A stretch of DNA of 52,269 bases, from the NCBI GenBank assembly GCA_016932915.1, contig JAFGBY010000112.1, forward strand, positions 1 to 52,269, given 5' to 3'. This document shows, piece after piece, positions 20,427 to 31,900 of this stretch (positions within the stretch are counted from its first letter, which is position 1; each line of letters begins with the position of its first letter). The stretch comes from Acidobacteriota bacterium. Lineage in GTDB: Bacteria > Acidobacteriota > DATKUA01 > JAFGBY01. Below the pieces are notes generated by a model. That model made no database searches and was not told the origin of the DNA. It worked only from the letters and a program-made list of their open reading frames with translations. The position numbers were made by a program, and so were the translations under genes.

Positions 20427-21374
20427 ATGTATAAAAAAGCTGTTTTAGTATTAATCGGTGTTGCTTTCCTTTTATCGGGTTGTGGTGAATTATCAACCAA
20501 AGAGGTTGCCACCTTAAAAGAAAAGAAAGAATTTAAAGCTCCGAAAGGTTACACGCTTCAACTGAAGAACAAAAGAGGGAAGGCCAATATCACTGGATGG
20601 AGCAAAGATACGATTGAAGTTGCTTATAAAGTTGTAAGCAAAGCTTCAACCTATGCTAAGGCCGATGCTGAAGTCTCGAAAATTGATGTAGAATTCAGCG
20701 AAGAAGATGGAAAACTAAAAATATTTGTCGATTATCCCCCGCAATCAGGGCTGATTCATATGGAGAGATCCTATGTAGAATTCCGTATCCAGGTTCCTTA
20801 TGATTGTAAAATAGAAGTTGACAGTTCCAGTATGGATGCAATTGTTGAGGATATCGATGCTACAGTAAAAATTGATGCATCCAGTGGCGATCTACGGGTT
20901 GAGAATGTAAAAGGTGTTATTAATCTCGAAACATCCAGCGGTGATATAACAATTCTTGAAAGCAAGGGTGATGTTAGAGCCTATACTTCATCGGGTGATA
21001 TCTATGCGAGAGATCTTGAAAGCAAAGAAATGAATCTGCGGACATCCAGCGGTGACCAGAAGATTTTTTCCAGTAGTGCCTTTTCGCTGGTAAGCAAATC
21101 GAGCAGCGGAGATATTATCTTCACTGGCGATTTGAAAGGAGAAAACTCTTCAGCGCTTAAAAGCAGCAGCGGTGATGTAATATTGAAGCTTGATCCATCT
21201 TTCACTGGTGAATTACATACCTGGACCAGTAGCGGTGATGTACGTGTCGGTTTTGAAAATGAAAAGATAAAAGAAAGCAGACGTGAATACAGGTATTTGA
21301 TTGGTGACGCAAAAAAGAAGATCGAAATTAAAACCAGTAGTGGTGATATAATCTTAAAACCAGGCAGGGACTGA
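20427..21374 (+). CDS. DUF4097 (putative adhesin / beta-strand repeat) lipoprotein
   Basis: Lipobox LLSGC; about eight [TS]SSGD[IVLQ] repeats; ATG 20427 after GGAG (ORF track uses TTG 20385). Confidence 0.85.
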   Translation: MYKKAVLVLIGVAFLLSGCGELSTKEVATLKEKKEFKAPKGYTLQLKNKRGKANITGWSKDTIEVAYKVVSKASTYAKADAEVSKIDVEFSEEDGKLKIFVDYPPQSGLIHMERSYVEFRIQVPYDCKIEVDSSSMDAIVEDIDATVKIDASSGDLRVENVKGVINLETSSGDITILESKGDVRAYTSSGDIYARDLESKEMNLRTSSGDQKIFSSSAFSLVSKSSSGDIIFTGDLKGENSSALKSSSGDVILKLDPSFTGELHTWTSSGDVRVGFENEKIKESRREYRYLIGDAKKKIEIKTSSGDIILKPGRD

Positions 21375-21487
21375 TTGATACCGATTTCTCGCGAAAGGAA
21401 TTGTTTTAAATAACCGGCTTTTCCAGTATAATCTCCAGCTGATTACAGGTATACAATGTATATTTCGACAATTAATGTGGGGATTAG

Positions 21488-22258
21488 ATGATATTTAAGC
21501 CAAAAAAAGTCAGTATTGTTATTCCTGTGTACAACGAGGAAGCAACGCTGGAAAAGCTGGTTAATGCCGTCCGTGCGGTTGATGTAAAAATACCGAAAGA
21601 AATTGTGCTGGTCGATGATTGCTCAATGGATGCCTCGGCAGCTATTCTGGATACCCTTGGAGCAATGTATCAGGATATCCGGTCCTTTCGTAATGAGAAA
21701 AACAGGGGTAAGGGTTATTCTGTTAGAAGGGGTATCGAAGAGGCTAAAGGCGATATCATTATCATCCAGGATGCTGATCTTGAATACGACCCCAGGGAGT
21801 ACCCTAAGCTGCTTAAGCCGATCCTGGATGGTAAAGCTGATGTCGTATATGGTTCCAGGTTCCTCACATCAGAACCAAAAAGAGTACTTTATTTCTGGCA
21901 TTCACTTGGTAATAAATTCCTGACAACTTTGTCTAACATGACGACTAATCTTAACCTGACAGACATGGAAACATGCTATAAGGTATTTAAATCTAATGTT
22001 GTTCAGAAAATCCGCCTTGTCGAGAACCGCTTCGGTTTTGAGCCTGAGGTGACTTTTAAGCTGTCCCGCATCAAGGGGCTCCGTATTTATGAAGTAGGCA
22101 TTTCTTATTACGGCAGGACATACAGCGAGGGTAAGAAGATTACCTGGAAAGACGGATGGCGGGCGCTATACGTCATTTGTAAATCAGTTTTTGTATACCT
22201 GTTCAGAAGAAAGAAAGCAATCTTTAAGGATATTTCGAACCAATATTCAGCTGATTAA
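21488..22258 (+). CDS. GT2 polyprenol-phosphate glycosyltransferase (DPM1/ArnC-like)
   Basis: [53 protein letters not shown]. Confidence 0.92.
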   Translation: MIFKPKKVSIVIPVYNEEATLEKLVNAVRAVDVKIPKEIVLVDDCSMDASAAILDTLGAMYQDIRSFRNEKNRGKGYSVRRGIEEAKGDIIIIQDADLEYDPREYPKLLKPILDGKADVVYGSRFLTSEPKRVLYFWHSLGNKFLTTLSNMTTNLNLTDMETCYKVFKSNVVQKIRLVENRFGFEPEVTFKLSRIKGLRIYEVGISYYGRTYSEGKKITWKDGWRALYVICKSVFVYLFRRKKAIFKDISNQYSAD

Positions 22259-24492
22259 TTTCCCAGGATCATTGATATAGAGTGCACTCTCATTATTGGC
22301 GCTACAAGCCCGATTTTCTTATAGAAGAACGTTCCGTTTTCAGTGCTGTACCTTGTCCGAAGAGAGAGATCGTTAACTTTTCCCGCTCCAGTAAATAGAT
22401 CGTTACCTGGTAGCCTGAATCTTATCCTGGCCTTCCTGTTCGGTACCAGTTTGACCGATTTTATATTTTTCCCGTTTAAAGAAATATCCAGGAATGCCAC
22501 AAGGTGTTTGTTAGTCTCTTCATTGAAAGTCAGTACCTCCACATCTATCGACCGAATATCCGGTTTTTCAGGGAGTGCGAAGAAGAAATGTGCCGGTACC
22601 CATCCTATCCAACGGAAAATACCCCGCACGTCCTCTTTAGCCTGTCCCCAGGATGAATCCAGGTAGATCGCATCTTCTTTTGGGATTCCAATAGGGATCT
22701 GGTAGTTTTTCTGGATACTAAAATCAAGGACACCTTTACCTTTTGAGAATTCATAAGAGGGAACGGGTCTTACCCTGTAAATACTGAGATCCGGTCCGGA
22801 TGTTTTTCCATTGATCGGACTGAATCTGGCAATTTCTTCAGTCATATTCTGAACATGCTGATCCAGTAGGTAATCAGGTCTTCCTTCCCAGTTTCTGATA
22901 ATGATGTAATTATAACCCTTCCCCGGTTCTCTAAGGTCTTTTGCTTTTACGAGCCCGGGTTTGCTGAAATAGTCAAAGGTATATTTGCCCTCTTCGGGCC
23001 TTACGGTAAAACCTTGTATATAGAGCGCTGAACTGAGGGGGATATTTTTCAGCATCCAGTCATATGCCTGCTCAGATGTGGTAGGTTTTATGAATACTGC
23101 CGTATTTTCTATGATTTTCCATGCCGGCTGAATGAGCAACAGGATAACAATGGACCAGTAGACAATTGTTTTACGTTTTTGCAAATATGAATCAATGATT
23201 TCACGAAGGAACATTACAGTAAGAATGGCGATGTAGGGCAGGGCGGCAAGCATAAACCTGTGATGAACCTGGCGTGACCCTATCAACATGAAGAAATGTA
23301 CAAATGGGAAGAGCAACAATAGCCCTTTATCTCTATCAGGTTTGACAAGGAACTTCAGCAGTGCGGCAAGAAACAGAGCCCCTGCGAGCCAGCCGATTCC
23401 GTTAAAAAACATGAATTGCATATACCTGTTCGCAGGTGTTGTATTCAGAGATGACCAGTGTTCGTTTGCCCCGATTATCTGTTCCGCCAGGTGAGAGAAA
23501 TCTCTCATGAAAGTTGTATAATCAAGAATTATAAACGGGTTAGTCATTATAAAAACTACGGCTGTTATTACAAATGCCAATACAAGATTTTTGTTTGAAA
23601 ATCCTTTTTTATTTTTCCGCAGGAAGTGGGCGAATATCAGAGAGATAAACATGAAAAAACCGTAGAATTTTGTTCCCCCTGCAAACGTGATAAAAACAGA
23701 AGCCCAGATATAATCTTTTTTCTCTCCTTTTTCCTTGATATTCCAGATGAAGTAAAAAGCAGCAGAGGTCAGCAGCATTACGAGGATATCCATTCTGACA
23801 GTAACCGAATTCAGGAAATGTGAGAGGCTGAGGCCTACAATGGCAGCCGCGGCAAGGCCCGTGTCCTTATCTCTCACCTTTTTTCCGATCAGGTATACAA
23901 GCAGAACGGAGAATATCCCGATACATGAATTTACAATCCGTGCCACCTCGTAGAATTGACCAAGAGGCACTGAATGCAACTGTGCAAACGGAATAACAGG
24001 AGCATGCTTCAGGAGAAAATAGACTGTGAACACGGCGAACATGATGTAATAATAAGTTCCGCCGTATTTGAAATATTTGTGGTTCAGCGTCCCGTCTTCC
24101 ATCATGGTCACAACTTTAGGGACTACATAGCTCTCATCGATATCGTATAGATGTGGCAGGCCATAGCCTACGCTCATCAGGCGCGGAATTAGGAGAATAA
24201 TAAGCAAAATAAAAAGAAGGATTTCGTGTTTGTGTTCCGCCCATATCTGGCGAAAAGTTGGTAATGTTTCCCTGGTTTTAAAGATCAATTCAAGAATCAA
24301 CAGGATTATCCACAACAGGAGAAGGTGGCGCATTTTAAACAAGTTGATCTGTTTTTCGCCGAGATGCAGAGTCAGCTGCCCAAACAGTAAATGCGCGATA
24401 ATAAAAATGGAATCTAGAAGAAGTAAGAATTTTAAAATGATGCCGGTTTTACCTGCCCCGGTGTCTTTAAAAATGCCGGTGATAATTTTCAT
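22255..24492 (-). CDS. GT-C fold (ArnT/PMT, GT39/GT83-like) multi-pass membrane glycosyltransferase with C-terminal soluble domain
   Basis: DIDE motif after early TM; [22 protein letters not shown]; many TM helices. Confidence 0.8.
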   Translation of the reverse strand: MKIITGIFKDTGAGKTGIILKFLLLLDSIFIIAHLLFGQLTLHLGEKQINLFKMRHLLLLWIILLILELIFKTRETLPTFRQIWAEHKHEILLFILLIILLIPRLMSVGYGLPHLYDIDESYVVPKVVTMMEDGTLNHKYFKYGGTYYYIMFAVFTVYFLLKHAPVIPFAQLHSVPLGQFYEVARIVNSCIGIFSVLLVYLIGKKVRDKDTGLAAAAIVGLSLSHFLNSVTVRMDILVMLLTSAAFYFIWNIKEKGEKKDYIWASVFITFAGGTKFYGFFMFISLIFAHFLRKNKKGFSNKNLVLAFVITAVVFIMTNPFIILDYTTFMRDFSHLAEQIIGANEHWSSLNTTPANRYMQFMFFNGIGWLAGALFLAALLKFLVKPDRDKGLLLLFPFVHFFMLIGSRQVHHRFMLAALPYIAILTVMFLREIIDSYLQKRKTIVYWSIVILLLIQPAWKIIENTAVFIKPTTSEQAYDWMLKNIPLSSALYIQGFTVRPEEGKYTFDYFSKPGLVKAKDLREPGKGYNYIIIRNWEGRPDYLLDQHVQNMTEEIARFSPINGKTSGPDLSIYRVRPVPSYEFSKGKGVLDFSIQKNYQIPIGIPKEDAIYLDSSWGQAKEDVRGIFRWIGWVPAHFFFALPEKPDIRSIDVEVLTFNEETNKHLVAFLDISLNGKNIKSVKLVPNRKARIRFRLPGNDLFTGAGKVNDLSLRTRYSTENGTFFYKKIGLVAPIMRVHSISMILGN

Positions 24493-24551
24493 AAATCCCA
24501 GTCTCCTGAATCATGAATATTAAGGAGAAATATAAATTTCCCGCGCCCGGG

Positions 24552-24580
24552 ATTTTATCATAGACCGGGTATCATGTCAC
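24552..24580 (-). promoter_or_regulatory. Putative sigma70 promoter for the GT-C gene
   Basis: GTGACA-N17-TAAAAT with extended TG. Confidence 0.5.
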
Positions 24581-24598
24581 CGTGTTTCAAGTCGCTTA

Positions 24599-25858
24599 CT
24601 AATCCGGCTCCTTGTATGCAACTTCAGTATCGTGGGAGAGAGACTGGTGTCCATCGGTTATTACGATATCGTTTTCGTGCACGCCGAATATCCCAACTGT
24701 CGAATCGGGGATAATTTCCACATATTCTTCATTCTCGAGTCCGCTGTGGATATATTCCCACTTGGCACGTCCGTCTTTAACTATGAAAACAAGTTTTCTT
24801 CCGTCCCTTTCCAGCACCGCCGCCCTTGGTACAAGCAGGCGGTTTTCAAATATTAATGAGTCGAGCCTTACCCTGGCGTTCATACCCGGTTTTATAAGGA
24901 GATCGGGATTATCTATGAGAATCTCGACTTTTCCGGTCTTTTTTTCTTCATCAATTATCGGGCTGATGTGATTAATCGTTCCGTTATATATTTTCCCCGG
25001 TATTGCAATGAAATCGATTTTTACATTTCTTCCCTTTTCGAGGGCGGGAATTTCGCTTTCCATAACTTCAGCGGTAATTCTGATTGTGCTGTAATCAACG
25101 AGTGTCATCACTTCATCAGCTGATGAAACAGACTTGCCTAATACAAGATTCAGGTCCGTTATAATACCTGAGAATGGAGCGCGGCTGACAGTTTTCTTCA
25201 ATGTGAGTTCTGCTGATTTGACAGCCAATTCAGCGTCGGTCAGGCCGGTCTGGCTTTTCACGACTGTTTCCCTGTCCAGTTTTGCGGCTTCAAGTGTCAT
25301 ACGGTAAACCCGCTCAGCATTTTTAAATTCTTTTTCGCTTATCAGTCCTTCGTCATGTCTTTTTTTTATTTGGAGGTATTTTTTCTTCACCTCCGTGATA
25401 CGTTTATCCGAATCGTCCGTATCATCCCTGTAATCCATCTCCTGGATCAGGAATCGTGAATAATTCTGGATTCTGGTATCTTGCGCTCGTTCCAATGCCA
25501 GCAGCGCTTCGGTGTCGTCAAGTTTAAAGAGGATTTGGTCCTTCTTTACTAAATCACCGTTTTTTACCGTTATCGACTTTACTCTTCCCTGTGTATCAGG
25601 CAGGATTTTCAATATCCTCGTGGCATCGGCTATTCCAAATGCGGTGATTCTTTTTACGAGGTCTCCACGTTTTACTTTTTCGACCGTTACTCGGACACTG
25701 GTTCTACTCGAATTTCCTGTATTATTCTCCAGTTGGCTGTTTTCGCCGGTGTTTTTGTTATCCCCGTTTTCAGCCGGTTGATGAATAAAAATGAAGTATA
25801 TCGCGGCAAAAATAACAAGGGCGAGAATAATGAACATTATTTTCTTTGAATATATCAT
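24599..25858 (-). CDS. RND efflux periplasmic adaptor (membrane fusion protein)
   Basis: N-terminal TM; GRVKSITVKNGDLVKKDQILFKLD lipoyl-like half; RAPFSGII; IKPGM; VPRAAV. Confidence 0.92.
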   Translation of the reverse strand: MIYSKKIMFIILALVIFAAIYFIFIHQPAENGDNKNTGENSQLENNTGNSSRTSVRVTVEKVKRGDLVKRITAFGIADATRILKILPDTQGRVKSITVKNGDLVKKDQILFKLDDTEALLALERAQDTRIQNYSRFLIQEMDYRDDTDDSDKRITEVKKKYLQIKKRHDEGLISEKEFKNAERVYRMTLEAAKLDRETVVKSQTGLTDAELAVKSAELTLKKTVSRAPFSGIITDLNLVLGKSVSSADEVMTLVDYSTIRITAEVMESEIPALEKGRNVKIDFIAIPGKIYNGTINHISPIIDEEKKTGKVEILIDNPDLLIKPGMNARVRLDSLIFENRLLVPRAAVLERDGRKLVFIVKDGRAKWEYIHSGLENEEYVEIIPDSTVGIFGVHENDIVITDGHQSLSHDTEVAYKEPD

Positions 25859-28800
25859 CTAACTAATCTCCCAGATTTTTTTATACATTTTCTTTTTTGT
25901 CTCAAGAATACTTTTAAACCTGTATATGAACCGGTAGAGTATCGGTATGAAAGTTATTGTAAACAATGCGGAACCGAGTAAACCGCCGATAGCAGCAAGC
26001 GACAGGCTGAACCAGATATCGTTTCGCGTTCTCTCAGCAAATAGCGCAAGGGGCAGTAGCCCGCCAACAGTAGTAACGGTTGTAAGCACAATGGGCCGAA
26101 GCCTCGAAGTGGCTCCTTCGATGAGGATTTTATCCATTGATTTATACTGCGCGCCCAGCGTGTTAAAACGGTCGATCATTATTATCGGGTTATTGACTAC
26201 CATTCCGCAGAGTAATATTACACCGATATAAGCGGAGGAATCAAATACGCCTGATGTCCATGAAAAGATCAGGAATACTCCGATTAGCGATAATGGGATT
26301 GTTAAAAAGATGATAAACGGTTGCAGGAAAGATTCATAAAGTGATGCCAATATCATAAAAATTGCCAGGAGTGAAACAAGGAGCACTTTCCCGATTTCCT
26401 TTTCTTCTTCCTCAGTCATCATGAATCTATCATCTTTTGATTTTGTGTAACCGGGTGGTAACTCGATGCTGTTATAGATATTATCGAAATATCTTTCCCC
26501 GGCTTTATATGGCCCCCTGAATTCCCAGCCAAGTGTCATCTGGTATTGCTGGTTTTCTCGGTAGATAGATTCGGATTGCTGTCTCCAGGTTGGCGTAAAA
26601 AAGTTTCCAAGCTGCCTGATACCTTTATCAGAGAAAACATCTTTTTTATTCTCCAGGTCTTCCAGCTGGCGTGCTCCGGAGAAGGATTCTTCGATCGTGA
26701 TATCGTAATTTTTTTCTCCCATCCGCATTGAAGAGCATGGCTGTGAGTTTTGAAGGAAAATGGAGATATTACTTACTATTTCATTTGGAGTAATTCCTTC
26801 TGAGCAAATCCTTGCCATATCAAGCTTCATCACAAGTTCATCAATGGAACCGTAATATCTATATTGGCCCGTTGTTGCATTTACTTCCCTGACCCGGAGA
26901 TTCTTTAAAATACGCTTGGAAATATTATCCGCAATTTCTCTCAATTCGGTGAGGTTATATCCTTTTATTGTCAGCCTGCTGCTGCCCCCGCTGCTTCCGC
27001 GCATAAATCCACCAGCGCTGAGACTGTCACCGAAACCGGATACCCAGATGTGTACTCCCGCATGCTGGAGAGCGAGGTTGTTGACGTCTTCCCTGTACTG
27101 GTATGGGAGGGCGCTGTTTAATGCTTCATCTGTGAATAGTGCTTGTACGTATGCATTTTCTGAGTCAACCGAAGTGGATACTGTTTTAACTCCTTGGGCT
27201 CCGTTCAGGACTTTTTCGAATTTCCTGGCGATTTCATCCGCACGTGATATTTCTGAACCCTCTGGAAGATTGATACTTATTCTAAGTGGCTCGTCGCTCT
27301 GCATCGAAAACCATCCGCCCCTATCAACAGTTTCGAATTCCTTAAAAGAATAATATCCTATTAAAAGAATAAGTATCACGACTATGTAGGAATACTTGAG
27401 TGTCCAGGCCATTATTTTTTGATAAAACCTGACGGATTTTTTGATTCTTTTTATCTTTTTGATTCTAAGGAAAAGGGTGGACACAGCCGGAATAAAAGTA
27501 AAACTTACCAGGATTGAACTGATAAGAGAATAAATCATCGCCAGGGCAAGCGGGAGGTAATATTCTTTCAACCTTCCGCTGAAAAGTACAAACGGGATAA
27601 ATACCGCAAGGGTAGTGGATGTGGAGGCAAGGACAGGGCGTATCATCTCCAGTGTACCTTCCTTGATGGCTTTTATTCGCTCCTCTCCTTTTTCCATTTT
27701 CTGATAGATGTTTTCGAGTACAACTATGGAATTATCGATAACAATTCCCAGCCCGATTGCCAGGGCGGCAAGAGTGATAAAGTTTACCGATACATCGGTG
27801 AAATATAGAAAGTTCAGTGTGATTGCTTCTGTAAGGAGTACGGATAAGATAAGAATAAAAAATGATTTTGTATCCCGCATAAGCAACAGGAGGAGAATAA
27901 CGACGATTGCTATTATCAGGAGAATTCTTTCCCCAAGTTTCCTGATCTCCTGCAACATATCGGCTCCCGAATCGATTGGGATGAAATAATCAAGTTTATA
28001 AGGGAGATTAGAGAGAATTGCATCGAGCCGTGTCTTAATCTCACCTGATAGTTTTACAGCGTTTGATTGGGAATCCCGCGAAATGCGGATAGATACCTCA
28101 GGTTTTCCGTTAGTTCTCGAAAGAGAATATACTTTTTTACCGTGCAAAGAGATATCTGAAATTTCTCCGAGTTTTATTCTGTTTCCATCTCCGAAGGGAA
28201 TTTCCAGGTTTTCGAGGTCGGATAATTTTGTAAGCTTGTTTCCCTCTTGAATAAATAATTCATCGTCTCCGGATCTTATTAATCCCAGGGTTCTAATTTT
28301 ATTTGTGGATGATATTTCTCTTGCTATTGTACCTATGGAAATATCCAGTTGCTGGAGCACATTTTTATGCAGCTTGATAAGTACCTCTTCTTCGCGGCCG
28401 CCAAGAACATCAACATCAGACACACCTTCAATAGCCAGGAGAGGGTTTTTTATATTTTCGGTAACGATATTCCTGATCTCGGCAAGGCTGTAATCACCGA
28501 TTACCGTGACCGACATAAATGTATCGGTACGGCTATTCCTGGACCTATTACGAGGTCGATACCGCTGAATCTGTGGCCGGCCGCATTCCTCAGGTAATTC
28601 GTTTATAATCGAGCGGAGACGCTCTTTTAATTCCATCCTCACAAATTCGATATCTGCGTTATCGGAAAATTCTACAGTGATTAAGCTGTTTCCTTTACTT
28701 GATGTCGACTTGATGTCCTGTACATATGAAACCTGGGAGACCTGTTCTTCGAGGAGTGATGTTACTTCCTGGGCTACGAGTTCGGGGCTTGCCCCCGTCC

Positions 28801-28939
28801 ATGAGGTGCTGATATTAAGCGTCAGGGAATCTTCCGAGGGATTTACTTCTATGGGTATGTTCATCACGGAAAATACTGACGGCAGGACGACGGCAAGCAG
28901 AACCAGAATAACGGCTTTTGGTCTTTTAATCTGGATCAT
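25859..28939 (-). CDS. RND efflux permease (AcrB/AcrD/AcrF family)
   Basis: GASPELV, GLGIVIDNSIVVLENI, LASLYESFLQP, SRLRPIVLT; 1026 aa. Confidence 0.92.
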   Translation of the reverse strand: MIQIKRPKAVILVLLAVVLPSVFSVMNIPIEVNPSEDSLTLNISTSWTGASPELVAQEVTSLLEEQVSQVSYVQDIKSTSSKGNSLITVEFSDNADIEFVRMELKERLRSIINELPEECGRPQIQRYRPRNRSRNSRTDTFMSVTVIGDYSLAEIRNIVTENIKNPLLAIEGVSDVDVLGGREEEVLIKLHKNVLQQLDISIGTIAREISSTNKIRTLGLIRSGDDELFIQEGNKLTKLSDLENLEIPFGDGNRIKLGEISDISLHGKKVYSLSRTNGKPEVSIRISRDSQSNAVKLSGEIKTRLDAILSNLPYKLDYFIPIDSGADMLQEIRKLGERILLIIAIVVILLLLLMRDTKSFFILILSVLLTEAITLNFLYFTDVSVNFITLAALAIGLGIVIDNSIVVLENIYQKMEKGEERIKAIKEGTLEMIRPVLASTSTTLAVFIPFVLFSGRLKEYYLPLALAMIYSLISSILVSFTFIPAVSTLFLRIKKIKRIKKSVRFYQKIMAWTLKYSYIVVILILLIGYYSFKEFETVDRGGWFSMQSDEPLRISINLPEGSEISRADEIARKFEKVLNGAQGVKTVSTSVDSENAYVQALFTDEALNSALPYQYREDVNNLALQHAGVHIWVSGFGDSLSAGGFMRGSSGGSSRLTIKGYNLTELREIADNISKRILKNLRVREVNATTGQYRYYGSIDELVMKLDMARICSEGITPNEIVSNISIFLQNSQPCSSMRMGEKNYDITIEESFSGARQLEDLENKKDVFSDKGIRQLGNFFTPTWRQQSESIYRENQQYQMTLGWEFRGPYKAGERYFDNIYNSIELPPGYTKSKDDRFMMTEEEEKEIGKVLLVSLLAIFMILASLYESFLQPFIIFLTIPLSLIGVFLIFSWTSGVFDSSAYIGVILLCGMVVNNPIIMIDRFNTLGAQYKSMDKILIEGATSRLRPIVLTTVTTVGGLLPLALFAERTRNDIWFSLSLAAIGGLLGSALFTITFIPILYRFIYRFKSILETKKKMYKKIWEIS

Positions 28940-28940
28940 A

Positions 28941-31900
28941 TTATTTTCCGGTTTTTACTTGTTCTTTTTCGTTTTTTTTGTTGAAAATTTCATACATCAC
29001 AGGGATTAAGAATATCGTCAGTATTGTACCGATAGATTCACCACCGATTATAACCCATGCCAGCGGCCTGTAGATTTCGGATCCTTCTCCCGGGATTATC
29101 GCCATCGGCAGCAGGCCGAATACAGTTGTAACCGTAGTCATGAGGATCGGCCGGAGCCTCTGCAAGCCGGCAGTGATGATCGATTCTCTTAATGCCATAC
29201 CTTCGTCGCGGAGCTGGTTGATACGGTCTACTTTCACAATCGCATCGTTGACGATTATCCCTGTGAGAACTATAAAACCTATGATTGAGATGATATTCAT
29301 GCTCTGAGAAAAAATGAGCAGTGTAAATACTGTCCCGATAAATCCGAGCGGGATTGTGCAGATGATGATAAAAGGATTCTTAAGCGATTCGAATTGCGCT
29401 GCGATTATCATGTAGATCAGGAATGCCGAGAGCAGTAACGCCAGAGAGAGAGACTTGAAGGAATCCTTCATCTCCTCATATTCTCCTGATACATTGATGT
29501 TCACATCATCCGGGAGGTCTATTTTAGTTCTGATCCGGCTTATGAATGCCCGTGCCTTGTTCAGTGAACCGGTCAGATCCATGCTGATTTCGATAAAGGG
29601 TTTGCTTTCATCGCTATGAATAGCCGAAAGGTATTCATCTTCCTTAAAACTGCACAGGGATTCCAATGTGAATTTTCTTCCGGTTTTATCCGAATAAACG
29701 ATGTTTTTTAATTCAGTGATATTTTTATAATCCTCTAGTCCCGTTTTTAGGCGGATAGTTATCTTTTCTCCGACTTTTTTAATACTCAGTGGCACTTCGC
29801 CCTGGAGGTTACTTACAATAAAATTGGAAATATCATTTTTATCCAATCCATTGATGAAGATGATATCCTCTTTGAATTCAGCTTTCAGGATTTTTTCCGT
29901 TTCGTAATTTGTGATTTCAGGATTTTCAAAAAGCCCGGTTTCATTTTTTAATGTTGTGAGCACTTTCAGTGCTGCCTTATATGCTTCATCAGTGTCATGT
30001 GCATATACTTTAATGGAAAACCTGCTTTTCAGTATCATAATAAGTTGTTCAAGGATGGAGTATTCGGGCTCGATTGTGTAGCTGAAACCTTCCAGGTGTT
30101 TTATCTCTTTCAGTAATACAGGTAAATCATCTACTGTATAACCTTTTACTAGCTGGATTTTAAAGATAAGGTTTTTTCCGCTTTCGGAGTTTTTGTCCAT
30201 CACGGTGAAGATGTTTTTTACGGCTTTCGAATTCTGGAAATCTTTCTCTATTTTTGCTGCTTCCGATTCGATTTTTTCGGCTACCAGGTTATCCGGCAAG
30301 TTCAGTACTATTCTGTATATACCGGTATCTGTCTCAGGAATGAGCCTTGTTTCCATATTGAAGGTGATGAACAGTGCAGCCAGGAAGAGTCCCAATATAG
30401 TCAGTAAAACAACAGATTTTTTCTCCAGCGCTTTTATTTCAAGGTTATGATAGAGGTCTTCAATTTTCTTATAAAAATCCTGGAATCCATTTCCTGCGGC
30501 AGAAAAAAGAGAGGAAAGCAATGATATTATTTTCTTAACCGGTGGGATGATTATCTGTACGATAAAATCCGTGATGGACTCAAGGATGAAGAATATGAAT
30601 AATAGGAATATTTTTATAATTTCGGAGAAAATGTAAAACGCGGTATGCAATAGGAAAATGATTACAATATAAATTTTCCATATTTTAAAATTATGAAAAC
30701 GGCCGGTTATTTGCTTCCAGGAATCTGCTTTAAAAAGGCTGATAGATTCGGCGTACCTTTTCCACTGTTCCTTGAATCCGAACTTGTCTTTTTTATCCGA
30801 AGTTCGTTTGGACATCAGTTTCATTGAAAGGAGTGGGATAATTGTCAGGGAAGTGAGCAAGGAGATCAGGAGTGCGAAAGTTATAGAAATTGCTTGATCC
30901 CTGAAGAGTGCAGCTGCGACTCCCCTCACATATACTATCGGCAGGAATACAGCGACTGTAGTTAAAGTAGATGCTGTAATAGCCATACCTATTTCCGAAG
31001 TTCCTTTGAAAGCAGCATCGTATGCCTTTGTTTTACCTGTTTTATACCGGAAGATATTTTCAATTGTAATAATGGCATTATCGACAAGCATACCTACAGC
31101 AAGGGCCAGCCCTCCAAGAGTCATCAGGTTTATATTTACTCCTGCCAGGTAAAATGCCGTAAACGTGCCGATGATCGATACTGGAATAGAAATACCTATA
31201 ATCAGTGATACCCTGAAGTTATTGAGGAACAGGAAAAGTACAATAAATGCAAGGATGCCGCCTATTATAAGCGACTGGATAACCGAATTGATTGCTCCTG
31301 AGATAAAATCATCTTGCCTGTTGATGATCTCCACATTAAAATTCGGGTAGGTTTTATTAAGCTCTTCAACAACCGTTTCAGCTTCTTTTGAAACCAGCAT
31401 AGTATTGCGGCCGTATTCCTTGTAGATATCAATCGAGATTATTTCCTTGCCGTTCCATCTTGAAAAATTATTCAGTTTTACAATGCGTTCCTGTATGTCT
31501 GCGATATTCGATAGGGGTACAATCAAACCGTTTTCAAGTTTTATTTCGAGAGCTTTTAAATCAGATATATCCTGCAATGTCCATTCAATAATGATGGAAT
31601 AACGGTATTCTCCTTTTTTAATTGTTCCGCTTGACCTGGTTTCAAGCCGCTTAATTATGCTGCTTATTTCATTTGGTTTAATGTTGTACAGCTCCACCAT
31701 TTCCGGTATAAGGCTGATCTGTATTTCTTTTCTCCCGATGCTGTTCACCTCAGCCGAAGCTATCCCTCTTTGCTGTTCAAGCCGTGGTTTGATTATGAAT
31801 CTTGCGGTATCTTGAAGTTCAGCCAGTGAACTCGTAGTTGAAGAGACACTGAGAGTCATTATTGGGCTTGTTGCAGGATTTAACGGAGTGATTATCGGCG

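Noticed and set aside
20870-21350. Recurrent CCAGCGGTGA-like motifs as CRISPR or DNA repeat
   Set aside because: They encode the in-frame SSGD repeats of the DUF4097 protein and are degenerate at synonymous positions.
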